From Rhizomicrobium sp. (GTDB lineage Bacteria; Pseudomonadota; Alphaproteobacteria; Micropepsales; Micropepsaceae), in assembly GCA_035545475.1 (NCBI GenBank), contig DASZYI010000144.1:15306-79305 (forward strand): a stretch of 64,000 nt of DNA, in the 5' to 3' direction. The notes under the pieces were generated by a model, which was not told where the DNA came from, did not search any database, and saw only the letters and a program-made list of their open reading frames with translations. Positions 1 to 10,981 of this stretch are shown piece by piece; position 1 is the stretch's first letter, and each line of letters opens with the position of its first letter. The position numbers were made by a program, and so were the translations under genes.

Positions 1-40
1 TCTGGCTGCTATATCGCCCTGCCGCAAACAGGAGCCGTCC

Positions 41-1438
<1,398 letters not shown>

Positions 1439-1477
1439 CGATCTAAGCGGCTGTTCCGACTCGACCAATTTAATCCG

Positions 1478-1512
1478 GCCCCAGATGTGGTTCATCAAGC
1501 CACATCTGGGGC
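1478..1512 (+). terminator. Rho-independent terminator after ahcY
   Basis: GCCCCAGATGTGGTT-CATC-AAGCCACATCTGGGGC, about 15-bp stem followed by TTCATACTTTTTT. Confidence 0.7.
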
Positions 1513-1523
1513 TTCATACTTTT

Positions 1524-1592
1524 TTAACCATATTCCCTTGCGCTGTGGATAAGCCTACCTATCATGTTGATTCCACAGTGATTCGTCGATTC
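1524..1592 (+). promoter_or_regulatory. divL upstream region: CtrA-type half-site TTAACCAT (1524-1531), perfect DnaA box TGTGGATAA (1544-1552), GANTC sites at 1569, 1580, 1588 (plus 1458)
   Basis: Motifs read directly from sequence; binding is inferred. Confidence 0.5.
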
Positions 1593-1618
1593 ACGACGAA
1601 AAATGGGGGCGACAGGGA

Positions 1619-4033
1619 ATGCGTCCCACCACAAGGGGACAGTCGACCGGGCTTGGCGTCGAGGGGCGTGGTAAGCGGGTAGGTCTGGTACTGGCGACGA
1701 TCTTGTTGCCCCTGCCGGCGCATGCTCAGGGCATAACCTCCACCGACCTCGGCATTCTTTCTACCTGCATCGCCGCCGGAGCCGTCGCCCTCGCCTTTGC
1801 CGTTGCGTTGTGGGCGCTCGCCGAACAGAGCGCCGCCCGCCGCCTCCGACGTACCATCCGTCAGTCTGGCGCACGCGCCCGCGCCGCCGTTGGCGAACGC
1901 GATGCGTTGATTTCGGCAAGCCGCGAAGCGCTCGTCGTTTGGGGTCGTGACGGCAGCGGGCCGTTTTCCTACAGCGGCGCGGACGCGATACTGGATGGTT
2001 GCCTTGCGGGCCCTGATGCAACGCAACTTTCTCGAGCACTGGACGATTTAGGCGCGAACGGTGTGCCGTTTGAACTCACCGTGCTCGATAAAAACGAACG
2101 CAAAATTGCCGCCCGCGGCCGCGCGGTTGGCGGCATGGCGGGTGTTTGGCTGGAGGAGCAAAAAGGCGAACAACGGAAAATCGATTTCGAAGCGATCCTG
2201 AACGCTCTTCCCGTCCCGGTCTGGCTACGGGACAAGGCCTTGGCATTAAACTGGGGCAATCTTGCGTTTGTTTCTTCGTCCGGCGAAGCGAATCTTTCCG
2301 CCGCGCTGGCGCATCAAGCTTCGTTGGACAAATCCGAACGCGACCTCGCATCGAGCGCCCGCAACCAGCAGCAAACGACAACGTCCCGCCGCTTTGCGGT
2401 GGTCAGCGGGCATCGGCGGGCATTGGAATTTACCCACACCCCGCTTGACGACGGCGGCATCGTAGGAACGGCCATCGATGCAACGGATGTTTCGGCGGCG
2501 GAGGCGAAACTTCAACAACATATCGACGCCCATGCCGACACGCTCGACAAGATAGCAACGGCGGTTGCAATCTTCGGCCCGGATCAACGATTGACCTTTT
2601 ACAACCGCGCTTTCGTCAGGCTCTGGGAGTTGCCGGAAACGTGGTTGGACCGGCATCCGACAGACGGCGAGATTCTGGACCGGTTGCGTGAAGCCCGCAA
2701 ATTGCCGGAGCAGCGCGATTATCAGGCGTGGAAACGGCAGCGGCTCGCCCTTTACGAAAAGACCCGGGAACAGCCGTCGGAAGATGAGTGGCATATTCCC
2801 GGCGGAACGGCACTGCGCGTGGTCGCACAACCACATCCGTTTGGCGGGCTTACTTTCCTCTACGAAGATGTGACGCAACGCATTGCTCTGGAAAGTTCTT
2901 ATAACACTCTGATCAAAGTGCAGTCGGCGACGCTCGACACGCTGTCTGAAGCTGTGGCGGTGTTTGGCCTTGACGGAAAGCTCAAATTCTCCAACGCAGC
3001 TTTTGCTCAAGTGTGGGATCTTGGCGAACGCGACCTCAGCGGCGAACCGCATGTGCGGCAGATCGCAGCTATCTGCGCGGAAAAATTCGGCGATCAAAAT
3101 GCCTGGGAAAGACTGACCTCGAGTATCGTGACGGGCTCCGAGCGCCGACGCGATTGGGGCGAGATGGAGCGCAGCGACCACACAGTGCTGTCGGTCGCGT
3201 TGTCGCCCCTGCCGGACGGAGCAACGCTGGTGACGTTTGCCGATATCACCGATCGTTTCCGTATCGAGAATGCGCTGCGCGACCGCAACGAGGCTCTGGA
3301 AGCGGCCGACAAGTTGAAGTCCGACTTCATAAAGCATGTGTCCTACGAGTTGCGCACACCGCTCAACACCATTCTGGGATTTGCAGAACACCTCGCGACG
3401 GGCTTACCAGGCGAACTGTCGCCGCGTCAGGCCGAATACGTACAGGCCATCGTGACGGGCGGTAACACCCTGCGTAGCCTCATCAACGATATCCTCGATC
3501 TTTCATTGATCGAAGCAGGGGCGCTGCGACTGGAACTCGAACGGATTGATCTGTTTGCGCTGCTGTCGGAAGTAATCGGTCATGTGCGTGAATGGGCCGC
3601 GAAGGCGGGCCTGGAACTGCAACTGGACTGCCGTGAAGATGCGGGAGTGTTTCTCGCCGATGGACGGCGCATCCGTCAGGTGGTTTTCAACCTTCTGTCG
3701 AATGCGCTCAAATATACGCCGCGCGGCGGTATCATCACTCTGATAGGCGATATTCAGGACGAAGACGTCAGCATCGCCGTTTCCGATACCGGGCCAGGCA
3801 TCGCGCCCGAAGTGAAAGCCAATGTGTTCGAGCGCTTCGCCTCAAAGGGTCGCGCTGGTCAGCGCGCCGGAGCCGGACTCGGCCTTGCGCTTGTCAACCG
3901 GTTCATTGAATTGCACAGCGGTTGGGTCGAAATCGACAGCCGTGCAGGCCAGGGAACGATCGTGCGTTGCCACATTCCGCGCCGCCTGCACAACGACGGG
4001 CCCGGCGAACGCGAGATACACGCGGCCGAATAA
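1619..4033 (+). CDS. divL: PAS-domain sensor histidine kinase-like protein, DivL type (phospho-acceptor His replaced by Tyr)
   Basis: N-terminal hydrophobic segments, several PAS-like repeats, H-box reads SYELRTPL instead of SHELRTPL, HATPase N/G boxes (NLLSNALKYT, DTGPGI, GAGLGL); follows ahcY. Confidence 0.85.
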   Translation: MRPTTRGQSTGLGVEGRGKRVGLVLATILLPLPAHAQGITSTDLGILSTCIAAGAVALAFAVALWALAEQSAARRLRRTIRQSGARARAAVGERDALISASREALVVWGRDGSGPFSYSGADAILDGCLAGPDATQLSRALDDLGANGVPFELTVLDKNERKIAARGRAVGGMAGVWLEEQKGEQRKIDFEAILNALPVPVWLRDKALALNWGNLAFVSSSGEANLSAALAHQASLDKSERDLASSARNQQQTTTSRRFAVVSGHRRALEFTHTPLDDGGIVGTAIDATDVSAAEAKLQQHIDAHADTLDKIATAVAIFGPDQRLTFYNRAFVRLWELPETWLDRHPTDGEILDRLREARKLPEQRDYQAWKRQRLALYEKTREQPSEDEWHIPGGTALRVVAQPHPFGGLTFLYEDVTQRIALESSYNTLIKVQSATLDTLSEAVAVFGLDGKLKFSNAAFAQVWDLGERDLSGEPHVRQIAAICAEKFGDQNAWERLTSSIVTGSERRRDWGEMERSDHTVLSVALSPLPDGATLVTFADITDRFRIENALRDRNEALEAADKLKSDFIKHVSYELRTPLNTILGFAEHLATGLPGELSPRQAEYVQAIVTGGNTLRSLINDILDLSLIEAGALRLELERIDLFALLSEVIGHVREWAAKAGLELQLDCREDAGVFLADGRRIRQVVFNLLSNALKYTPRGGIITLIGDIQDEDVSIAVSDTGPGIAPEVKANVFERFASKGRAGQRAGAGLGLALVNRFIELHSGWVEIDSRAGQGTIVRCHIPRRLHNDGPGEREIHAAE

Positions 4034-4035
4034 TT

Positions 4036-4356
4036 CTAATGCTGGCTTTTGGGCGTACGGACCACCAGCCCATCCAGCTCCGCGGTCACCTTGATCTGGC
4101 AGGACAAGCGACTGTTGGGTTCGATGTCCTGCGCGAAATCGAGCATGGTTTCTTCCATGTCGGATTTGGGCGGAAGCTTTTCGAGCCATGCCGGATCGAC
4201 ATAGACGTGACACGTTGCACAGGCGCACGCACCGCCGCAGTCGGCATCGATGCCGGGCACGAGATTCTTCACCGCACCCTCCATCACGGACCAGCCTTCC
4301 GGCACGTCTATCTCGCGGTCTTTGCCGGTATGATCGATATATTTGATCTTGGGCAT
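4036..4356 (-). CDS. 2Fe-2S ferredoxin, putidaredoxin/adrenodoxin type
   Basis: [13 protein letters not shown] and RLSCQI cluster motifs, 106 aa. Confidence 0.93.
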   Translation of the reverse strand: MPKIKYIDHTGKDREIDVPEGWSVMEGAVKNLVPGIDADCGGACACATCHVYVDPAWLEKLPPKSDMEETMLDFAQDIEPNSRLSCQIKVTAELDGLVVRTPKSQH

Positions 4357-4379
4357 GGAAGCTCCTTCGTACCCGATAA

Positions 4380-5588
4380 TTAAGCCATGTTCTTCATGGG
4401 AATGGAAAGGTCGGCGAGTTTTGCGGCATCGACCGGCTTTCCCTCCGCGATCAATCTGCGGCCCACCAGATATTCGGGGGCTGCGTTGACCGCTTCGACG
4501 GCAGCAATTTTGCCGTCGCGCAAATGAAAGATCGCGAATTTACGCGCAGCGGGATCGCCGCGCAGCACTTGCTGGTCGCCCGGGCGGCCGAGGCCCGCGA
4601 TCTGCAGTTTGAGATCGTATTGGTCGGACCAGAACCAAGGCACTTCGGCATACCGCGTAGGCTTGCCGACCATGGCCAGAGCCGCATGTCTTGCCTGGTC
4701 AATGGCGTTCTGCACGCTTTCGAGGCGCAGAAAGACATCTTCGCGGCCGGGATGCCAGGTGCAATCGCCTGCCGCAAAAATGGAAGGGTCCTTTGTCCGC
4801 GCACAGTTGTCGACGACGATACCATTGTGCACTTCGAGCCCTGCGTCGTGCGCAAGTTCGGCGTTTGGGACCACACCGATTCCCACCAATGCGAGATCGG
4901 CCGGCCATGTTTTGCCGCCGGCTGTGACGCCGGTAATGGTTTTCTCGCCCTCGAATTTCTCGATGGCGGTGTTGAAATGGATCTTCACACCGGCCGCACG
5001 GTGCACTTCTTCATAGAATGAGGATATACGCGGAGAAACGGCGCGCTGCATGAGGCGGTCGAGTGCTTCGAACACCGTCACGTCGATACCGTGCTTCACC
5101 GCAACAGCCGCAACTTCCAGGCCGATATAGCCGCCGCCGACGATGGCGAGTTTCTTGCCCGGTTGGAACGCTTCGCGCAGTGCATCAACGTCGGCAATGC
5201 TGCGCAAATAGAAGATGCCTTTCAGGTTGGCATTCGGAACCAGGATCGGGCGGACGCGCGTACCGGTCGCAAGCAAGAGCTTGTCATAAGGGAGCGTGCG
5301 GCCATCGGTGAGCGTGACGCGTTTGTTTTCGCGGTCGATGCTGGCGGCGGCGATGCCGAGAATGAGTTCGACTTTGGATTCGGCGTAAAATGACTCCGGT
5401 TTCAGGAACAGCCGCTCCCGTTCGAACTTGCCCTGCAGATAGGCCTTGGATAGCGGCGGGCGCTGATAGGGAAGGTAGGGTTCGTCGCCCACCATTGTGA
5501 TGGCGCCCGTGAAACCCTCGGCCCGCAAACTCGCAATCGCCTGGGCGCCGGCCTGGCCTGCGCCGATAATGACAATTCGTTCCGACAT
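4380..5588 (-). CDS. FAD/NADH-dependent ferredoxin reductase (putidaredoxin-reductase type)
   Basis: [40 protein letters not shown]; start taken at ATG 5588 (MSERIV). Confidence 0.92.
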   Translation of the reverse strand: MSERIVIIGAGQAGAQAIASLRAEGFTGAITMVGDEPYLPYQRPPLSKAYLQGKFERERLFLKPESFYAESKVELILGIAAASIDRENKRVTLTDGRTLPYDKLLLATGTRVRPILVPNANLKGIFYLRSIADVDALREAFQPGKKLAIVGGGYIGLEVAAVAVKHGIDVTVFEALDRLMQRAVSPRISSFYEEVHRAAGVKIHFNTAIEKFEGEKTITGVTAGGKTWPADLALVGIGVVPNAELAHDAGLEVHNGIVVDNCARTKDPSIFAAGDCTWHPGREDVFLRLESVQNAIDQARHAALAMVGKPTRYAEVPWFWSDQYDLKLQIAGLGRPGDQQVLRGDPAARKFAIFHLRDGKIAAVEAVNAAPEYLVGRRLIAEGKPVDAAKLADLSIPMKNMA

Positions 5589-5701
5589 TTCCGCCCGGTT
5601 TTGCTGGATAAGCCCTTGCGGCGGTATCACGTTTGGCGCCTTTCGTGCAATCTGAAACGGGAGGCTTTGAGCAGCACGCAGGGCCGCGCTAAAACCCTGT
5701 T

Positions 5702-6181
5702 ATGGCAAATAGAATCGAGGGATTTTCCGGCCGCTTCCCGCTTCCCGACCTCGCCGCCACGGATGCTTTGGCCGCGCGGATTGCCGCAGGATTGCGGACG
5801 GGCGATTGTGTTGCGCTGAAAGGCGAGCTGGGAGCGGGAAAAACCACGCTGGTGCGCGCCATACTTCGACGGTTGGGGGTGACGGAGCATGTACCAAGCC
5901 CAACTTTCACGCTTGTTCAAAGCTACGAGACGGCGCGGGGGCCGGTGTTCCATTTCGATCTCTATCGGCTGGAGGATGCGCGCGAACTGGAGGAGCTTGG
6001 TTTTGACGAAGCCATCGACAATGGCATTGCTTTGGTCGAATGGCCGGAACGCGCGAGCGATCGTTTGCCGGTGACATTGAACGTGGCGCTGGACTTACAT
6101 CCGGAGCGGGGCCGCTCGGCGGAAATCCTTGGCGACACCTATTGGGCGAAATTTCTGAGCGAAGAAAAAGATCATGTCTGA
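5702..6181 (+). CDS. tsaE: tRNA t6A biosynthesis ATPase TsaE
   Basis: GELGAGKTT P-loop, VPSPTFTLVQSY, HFDLYRL, LVEWPER. Confidence 0.93.
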   Translation: MANRIEGFSGRFPLPDLAATDALAARIAAGLRTGDCVALKGELGAGKTTLVRAILRRLGVTEHVPSPTFTLVQSYETARGPVFHFDLYRLEDARELEELGFDEAIDNGIALVEWPERASDRLPVTLNVALDLHPERGRSAEILGDTYWAKFLSEEKDHV

Positions 6182-7286
6182 ACGCCAGGCGGCGATGGAG
6201 GATTTCCTGCACACTGCGGGATGGGGATCGGCGGGGGTGCAGGCGCTGCCGGGGGATGCTTCCACACGGCGATATTTCCGCGTGGCATCGGGAGAGCGGC
6301 AGGCGATGCTGATGGATCAGCCGCAGCATGTCGAAACGCCGACCGCTCCTGCCGAGGCAACGCCTGAGGAACGTCACGCGCTCGGCTACAATGCCGTCGC
6401 ACGGCTTGCAGGTGCGGATTGCGCGCGCTTCGTCGCGATCTCCGACTTCCTGAGAAGCCGCGCGTTGAGCGCGCCGGAAATATATGCTGCGGATTGCGCC
6501 GCCGGTTTCGTGCTGATGGAAGATTTCGGCGACCGCCTCTATGCGGATGTCCTGAACGGCGGCGGACAGGAAATCGAGCTTTACAAGGCGGCCGTGGAAG
6601 CGTTGGTGCGACTTCACGCCGATCCTGCGCCCGCCAAAATTTCTCCACAGATTTCGCTTTATCCTTACGACGAAACGGCGATGCTTGCGGAGATCGCCCT
6701 GCTGACGGACTGGTATCTGCCGCTGGCACTCAACAGGAAGGCCACGAAAGAAGAAGTCTCCGAACATCGCGAGCTGTGGCAGAAACTGCTTTTGTCGATG
6801 AAAGACTCCCATACCAAATTCGTGCATCGCGATTACCACGCGCAGAATTTGCTGTGGCTGCAGGATCGGGCGGGACCTGCGCGGGTGGGGTTGATCGACT
6901 TCCAGGATGCCGTGGCGGGATCGAACGCTTACGATCTGGTGTCGCTGTTGGAGGATGCGCGGCGCGATGTGGCGCCGGAATTGGCCGAGAGCATGACAAC
7001 CCATTATCTCTCTGCGATGCGCGCTCAAGGAGTGGCGGCGAACGAGGAAGAACTGCGTGCGGCATTCGCCATCATGGCGGCACAACGCAACGCGAAAATC
7101 GCGGGCATTTTCGCGAGGCTTCAGCTCCGCGACGGCAAGCCTCGCTACATCGCATATCTGCCGCGCGTGTGGGGCCATCTTCGTCACGATCTGGAACACC
7201 CTGTCCTCGCCGAGTTGAAGACATGGTATGAAAAGGTGCTGCCGACGGCGGCGCGGCACGGGCGCATCGAAGGAGTGGCCGCTTGA
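6174..7286 (+). CDS. Aminoglycoside-phosphotransferase-family protein, AmgK-like anomeric MurNAc/GlcNAc kinase
   Basis: GDASTRRYFR, HRDYHAQNL, IDFQDA, YDLVSLLED; adjacent to a MurU-like gene. Confidence 0.85.
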   Translation: MSERQAAMEDFLHTAGWGSAGVQALPGDASTRRYFRVASGERQAMLMDQPQHVETPTAPAEATPEERHALGYNAVARLAGADCARFVAISDFLRSRALSAPEIYAADCAAGFVLMEDFGDRLYADVLNGGGQEIELYKAAVEALVRLHADPAPAKISPQISLYPYDETAMLAEIALLTDWYLPLALNRKATKEEVSEHRELWQKLLLSMKDSHTKFVHRDYHAQNLLWLQDRAGPARVGLIDFQDAVAGSNAYDLVSLLEDARRDVAPELAESMTTHYLSAMRAQGVAANEEELRAAFAIMAAQRNAKIAGIFARLQLRDGKPRYIAYLPRVWGHLRHDLEHPVLAELKTWYEKVLPTAARHGRIEGVAA

Positions 7287-8014
7287 CGACGAAGCCCATC
7301 ACGCGCGCGATGATCATGGCCGCAGGCCTCGGCACACGAATGCGGCCCCTGACGAACGATCGGCCGAAGCCTCTGGTGGAAGTGCGCGGGCGCGCACTGA
7401 TCGATTATGCGATAGATCGGTTGGTGGCTGCGGGCGTGAAGACGATCGTCGTCAACGTGCATCACCATGCGGACATGCTGCGCGCGCATGTGGAAAAGCG
7501 CAAGGATGTGAAGATCGTGATTTCGGATGAAAGCGAGGCGCTTTTGGATTCGGGCGGCGGCATAGCGAAAGTGCTTTCGCTGTTCGAAGGCGAGCCATTC
7601 TTCACCCACAATTCGGATTCCGTCTGGGTCGAAGGTGCAGCAAGCGCGCTCGAACGCATGAAGGCGCGGTGGAATCCCGACACCATGGATTCGCTGATGC
7701 TGGTGGCACCGACAGTGAACGCCCGCTGCTATGAGGGTCGCGGCGATTTCTTCATGGACGCGGAAGGTCATCTCACACGCATTTCCGAACATCGCGTCGC
7801 GCCGTTTGTCTGGATTGGCGTGCAGATTCTGCACCCACGCCTGTTCGACGGCGCACCAGAGGGAAAGTTTTCGATCAATCCGTTGTGGGACAAATCCATC
7901 GAGAAAGGGCGGTTGTATGGCATCCGGCTCGACGGAATCTGGATGCATATCGACCGCCCGGATGCGGTGACGGACGCGGAGAGGTTCCTGAAAGACCTCG
8001 CGCCTGCGGCATAG
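7283..8014 (+). CDS. Nucleotidyltransferase, MurU-like (MurNAc-1P uridylyltransferase)
   Basis: AMIMAAGLGTRMRPLT...PKPL, LLDSGGGI; TTG start overlapping upstream TGA. Confidence 0.85.
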   Translation: MTTKPITRAMIMAAGLGTRMRPLTNDRPKPLVEVRGRALIDYAIDRLVAAGVKTIVVNVHHHADMLRAHVEKRKDVKIVISDESEALLDSGGGIAKVLSLFEGEPFFTHNSDSVWVEGAASALERMKARWNPDTMDSLMLVAPTVNARCYEGRGDFFMDAEGHLTRISEHRVAPFVWIGVQILHPRLFDGAPEGKFSINPLWDKSIEKGRLYGIRLDGIWMHIDRPDAVTDAERFLKDLAPAA

Positions 8015-8017
8015 GCG

Positions 8018-10981
8018 GTGGCGAACGTCTTCACGATTCCGGCAAGTGCGCCTTTCGCGCAAACATTGGCGGACGAACTGATCCGGCAGATAGGCGCAAA
8101 GGACGATCCGATCGCGCTGTCGCGCGCGACGATCTATGTGCCGACGCGGCGCGCGGTGCGTTCGTTGGGCGAGGTTTTCGCGCGTGCCGCCGGCGGCGCG
8201 GTGCTGCTGCCGGACATTCGCCCCTTGGGCGATGTGGACGAAGACGACTTGCTGTTCGACGCGGTGTCGGACGATGTGGAATTGTTGCCCGCCATCTCCA
8301 CCGTTCGGCGCAGGCTTTTGCTGGCGACATTGATCGCACGATGGCAGCGCAACCGCGATGGCAACGCCATCGGCTTTGCGCAGGCCGCGCGATTGGCGAA
8401 AAGCCTGGGTGCGTTTCTCGACGAGGTGCAAACGCAAGGCGCCGCACTTTCCGAGCTGCACGATCTCGCGCCGACCGCCTTGTCGCAATATTGGAGCGAG
8501 GTGCGCGACTTCCTGCTGCTGCTGGAAAAAGAATGGCCGCCGCTGCTTGCTGCGGAGAACAGGCAGGACCATATCGTTCATCGCGACAGCGCGCTTCGCA
8601 CATTGGCGCAACGGCTGAGGAGAAATCCGCCGGATGGGCCGGTGATCGCAGCGGGCTCGACGGGCAGCATTCCGGCGACGGCGGAATTGCTGGAGGCGAT
8701 TTCACGTTTGCCGACGGGCGCGGTGGTTCTGCCCGGCCTCGATCTTTCGCTGGACGAGACCAGTTGGAACGATCTCGATCCCGGCCACCCGCAATTCGGC
8801 ATGAAGCAACTGCTTCGCCGGATCGGTGTCGAACGAACCGAGGTGAAGGTTTGGGGCGGCGCCGGCCGAGACGCAACGCCGCGCGAAGTGTTGTTGCGCG
8901 AAACGCTTCGCCCTGCGCCGACCACCGATGCGTGGCGGGCGCTTGCGGAAAGCGGCACGGACGTCATCGCCAACGGACTGCAAGGATTGTCGCTTGTCGA
9001 AGCGGCCGATCCCGCGCAGGAAGCGACCGCCATCGCGCTGGTGTTGCGCGAGGTGCTGGAAGGCGACGGGCACACGGGCGCTCTGGTGACGCCCGACCGC
9101 GATCTGGCGCGGCGCGTGGCGGCGGAATTGGGGCGATGGAATATCGTCATCGACGATTCCGCAGGCAGGCCGCTTGCGCGAACGGCACCCGGAACATTCC
9201 TTTGCCTGTTGGCCGATGCCGTTCAGCAGGAATTCGCGCCCGTTGCATTGCTGGCCTTGCTGAAACATCCGCTGGCGTCGGGCGGCGAAGACACGGCGCG
9301 CTTCCGCCAAACCGTGCGGCTGCTTGACAGGTGTTTGCGCGGGCCGCGGCCGGATGCGGGGCTTGAAGGACTTCGTCATGCTGTCGCGCGCGCGGATTGC
9401 TTCGACGAGGAGACGCGCAAAGGGTTGTTGCACTGGTTTGACGGCGTTGCGGAAAAATTCGCCCCACTCGAAAAAGCCTTGCAGGCCGAAGCGCCGCTGG
9501 AGCGCTTGCTTTCGCTGCATGTCGACGTGGCGGAAGCATTGGCCGCCACCGACAAGGAAGACGGCGGTGCGCGGTTGTGGCGTGGCGATGCGGGGCACGC
9601 AGCGCAGGCGCTCGTGGCCGATCTGTTTGTGGAAGCGCAAGGTCTGCCGGCGATTGATTCCGCTTCTTACGCTTCGCTGTTTCGCGGCCTCGCGGAGGAA
9701 AAGGCGGTTCGTCCAGCATTCGGACGGCATCCACGGCTTGCCATTCTCGGCCCGCTGGAAGCACGGTTGCAGCGTTTCGATGTGGTCGTACTGGGCGGGT
9801 TGAATGAAGGAAGCTGGCCGCGCGAGGCGCCGGTGGATCCGTGGTTGTCGCGGCCGATGCGGCGCGCATTGGGATTGGAGCAGCCGGAGCGCGCCATCGG
9901 GCTTTCGGCCCACGATTTCGCAACATTGGCGGCGGGTACCCGCGTGATACTGACACGTTCCCGCAAGGTGGAAGGCTCCCCCGCTGTCGCATCGCGCTGG
10001 CTGCAACGGCTGATCCAGTTGACGCGTGGATTGAAACTCGAAGACCGGCTTGCGCCACCGCGCGATTATTGCGCCATCGCATCGGCGCTTTCCGAACCGC
10101 CATCGGCGCCGCGCCTGCAGCGGCCCGCGCCGACACCGCCGGTTGCGGCGCGGCCGCGAAGGCTTTCGGTCACCGAAATCGAGACGTGGCTGCGCGATCC
10201 CTATGCGATTTACGCAAAGCATGTCCTCAAGCTGAAACCGCTCGATCCACTGGATGCGGAGGTGGGCGCTTTGGAACGCGGAACCAATATCCACAAGGCG
10301 CTGGAAGAATTCGTGCGCGCGTTTCCCGAAGGGCCGACCGAGGATGCGGAACGGCATTTTGCGGAGATCGCGGATCGCGTGTTCGCGGAGAACAACATTC
10401 CGAAATCCGTTCTTGCCGTCTGGCGTCCGCGATTCATTCGCGCCGCCAAATGGTTTGTGGACGTTGAGCGCAGCCGCAGACACGATATCGTCAAGGCGCA
10501 TGTGGAATTGCGCGGCGAAATGAAGTTCGCAAGCCCCGGCGGCGAATTCATCCTGCACGGGCGCGCGGACAGAATCGACGAATTGCGCTACGGCAACGGC
10601 GCGATCATCGATTACAAGACCGGCGCGCCGCCGAGCGACAAGCAGGTAATCCAGTTGATCGCGGCGCAACTGCCGCTGGAAGCGGCGATGCTGGCGGAAG
10701 GCGGATTTCCCGATGCGGGAAAACTCAGCCCTACCGAACTGATCTATGTGCGCTTCGCAGGCGGGGCCAAGCCGGGCGAATTGCGGATCGTGAAGGCCGA
10801 TGCGCACGAGCTCGCGGTCAAGGTGAAGGAATTGCTGGTGGCGCGGGTGGCGCAGTTCGACGCGCCGGAGCAGCCATACCTCTCGCGCGTGATGCCGTTC
10901 CGGCTGGAGTTTTCGGGCGATTACGATCATCTCGCGCGCGCACGCGAATGGTCGGCCAGCGGATGGGGCGAAGAGGAATGA
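8018..10981 (+). CDS. addB: Double-strand break repair nuclease AddB
   Basis: AGSTGSIPATAELL, GPLEARL, LSVTEIETWLRDPYAIYAKHVL, GRADRID...IIDYKTG nuclease motif. Confidence 0.93.
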   Translation: MANVFTIPASAPFAQTLADELIRQIGAKDDPIALSRATIYVPTRRAVRSLGEVFARAAGGAVLLPDIRPLGDVDEDDLLFDAVSDDVELLPAISTVRRRLLLATLIARWQRNRDGNAIGFAQAARLAKSLGAFLDEVQTQGAALSELHDLAPTALSQYWSEVRDFLLLLEKEWPPLLAAENRQDHIVHRDSALRTLAQRLRRNPPDGPVIAAGSTGSIPATAELLEAISRLPTGAVVLPGLDLSLDETSWNDLDPGHPQFGMKQLLRRIGVERTEVKVWGGAGRDATPREVLLRETLRPAPTTDAWRALAESGTDVIANGLQGLSLVEAADPAQEATAIALVLREVLEGDGHTGALVTPDRDLARRVAAELGRWNIVIDDSAGRPLARTAPGTFLCLLADAVQQEFAPVALLALLKHPLASGGEDTARFRQTVRLLDRCLRGPRPDAGLEGLRHAVARADCFDEETRKGLLHWFDGVAEKFAPLEKALQAEAPLERLLSLHVDVAEALAATDKEDGGARLWRGDAGHAAQALVADLFVEAQGLPAIDSASYASLFRGLAEEKAVRPAFGRHPRLAILGPLEARLQRFDVVVLGGLNEGSWPREAPVDPWLSRPMRRALGLEQPERAIGLSAHDFATLAAGTRVILTRSRKVEGSPAVASRWLQRLIQLTRGLKLEDRLAPPRDYCAIASALSEPPSAPRLQRPAPTPPVAARPRRLSVTEIETWLRDPYAIYAKHVLKLKPLDPLDAEVGALERGTNIHKALEEFVRAFPEGPTEDAERHFAEIADRVFAENNIPKSVLAVWRPRFIRAAKWFVDVERSRRHDIVKAHVELRGEMKFASPGGEFILHGRADRIDELRYGNGAIIDYKTGAPPSDKQVIQLIAAQLPLEAAMLAEGGFPDAGKLSPTELIYVRFAGGAKPGELRIVKADAHELAVKVKELLVARVAQFDAPEQPYLSRVMPFRLEFSGDYDHLARAREWSASGWGEEE

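Noticed and set aside
1-40. SAH/SAM riboswitch upstream of ahcY
   Set aside because: Only 40 nt are visible and no riboswitch core could be matched; it may lie outside the window
1544-1552. Replication origin suggested by the DnaA box
   Set aside because: Single perfect box, no box array or AT-rich unwinding element, short intergenic region
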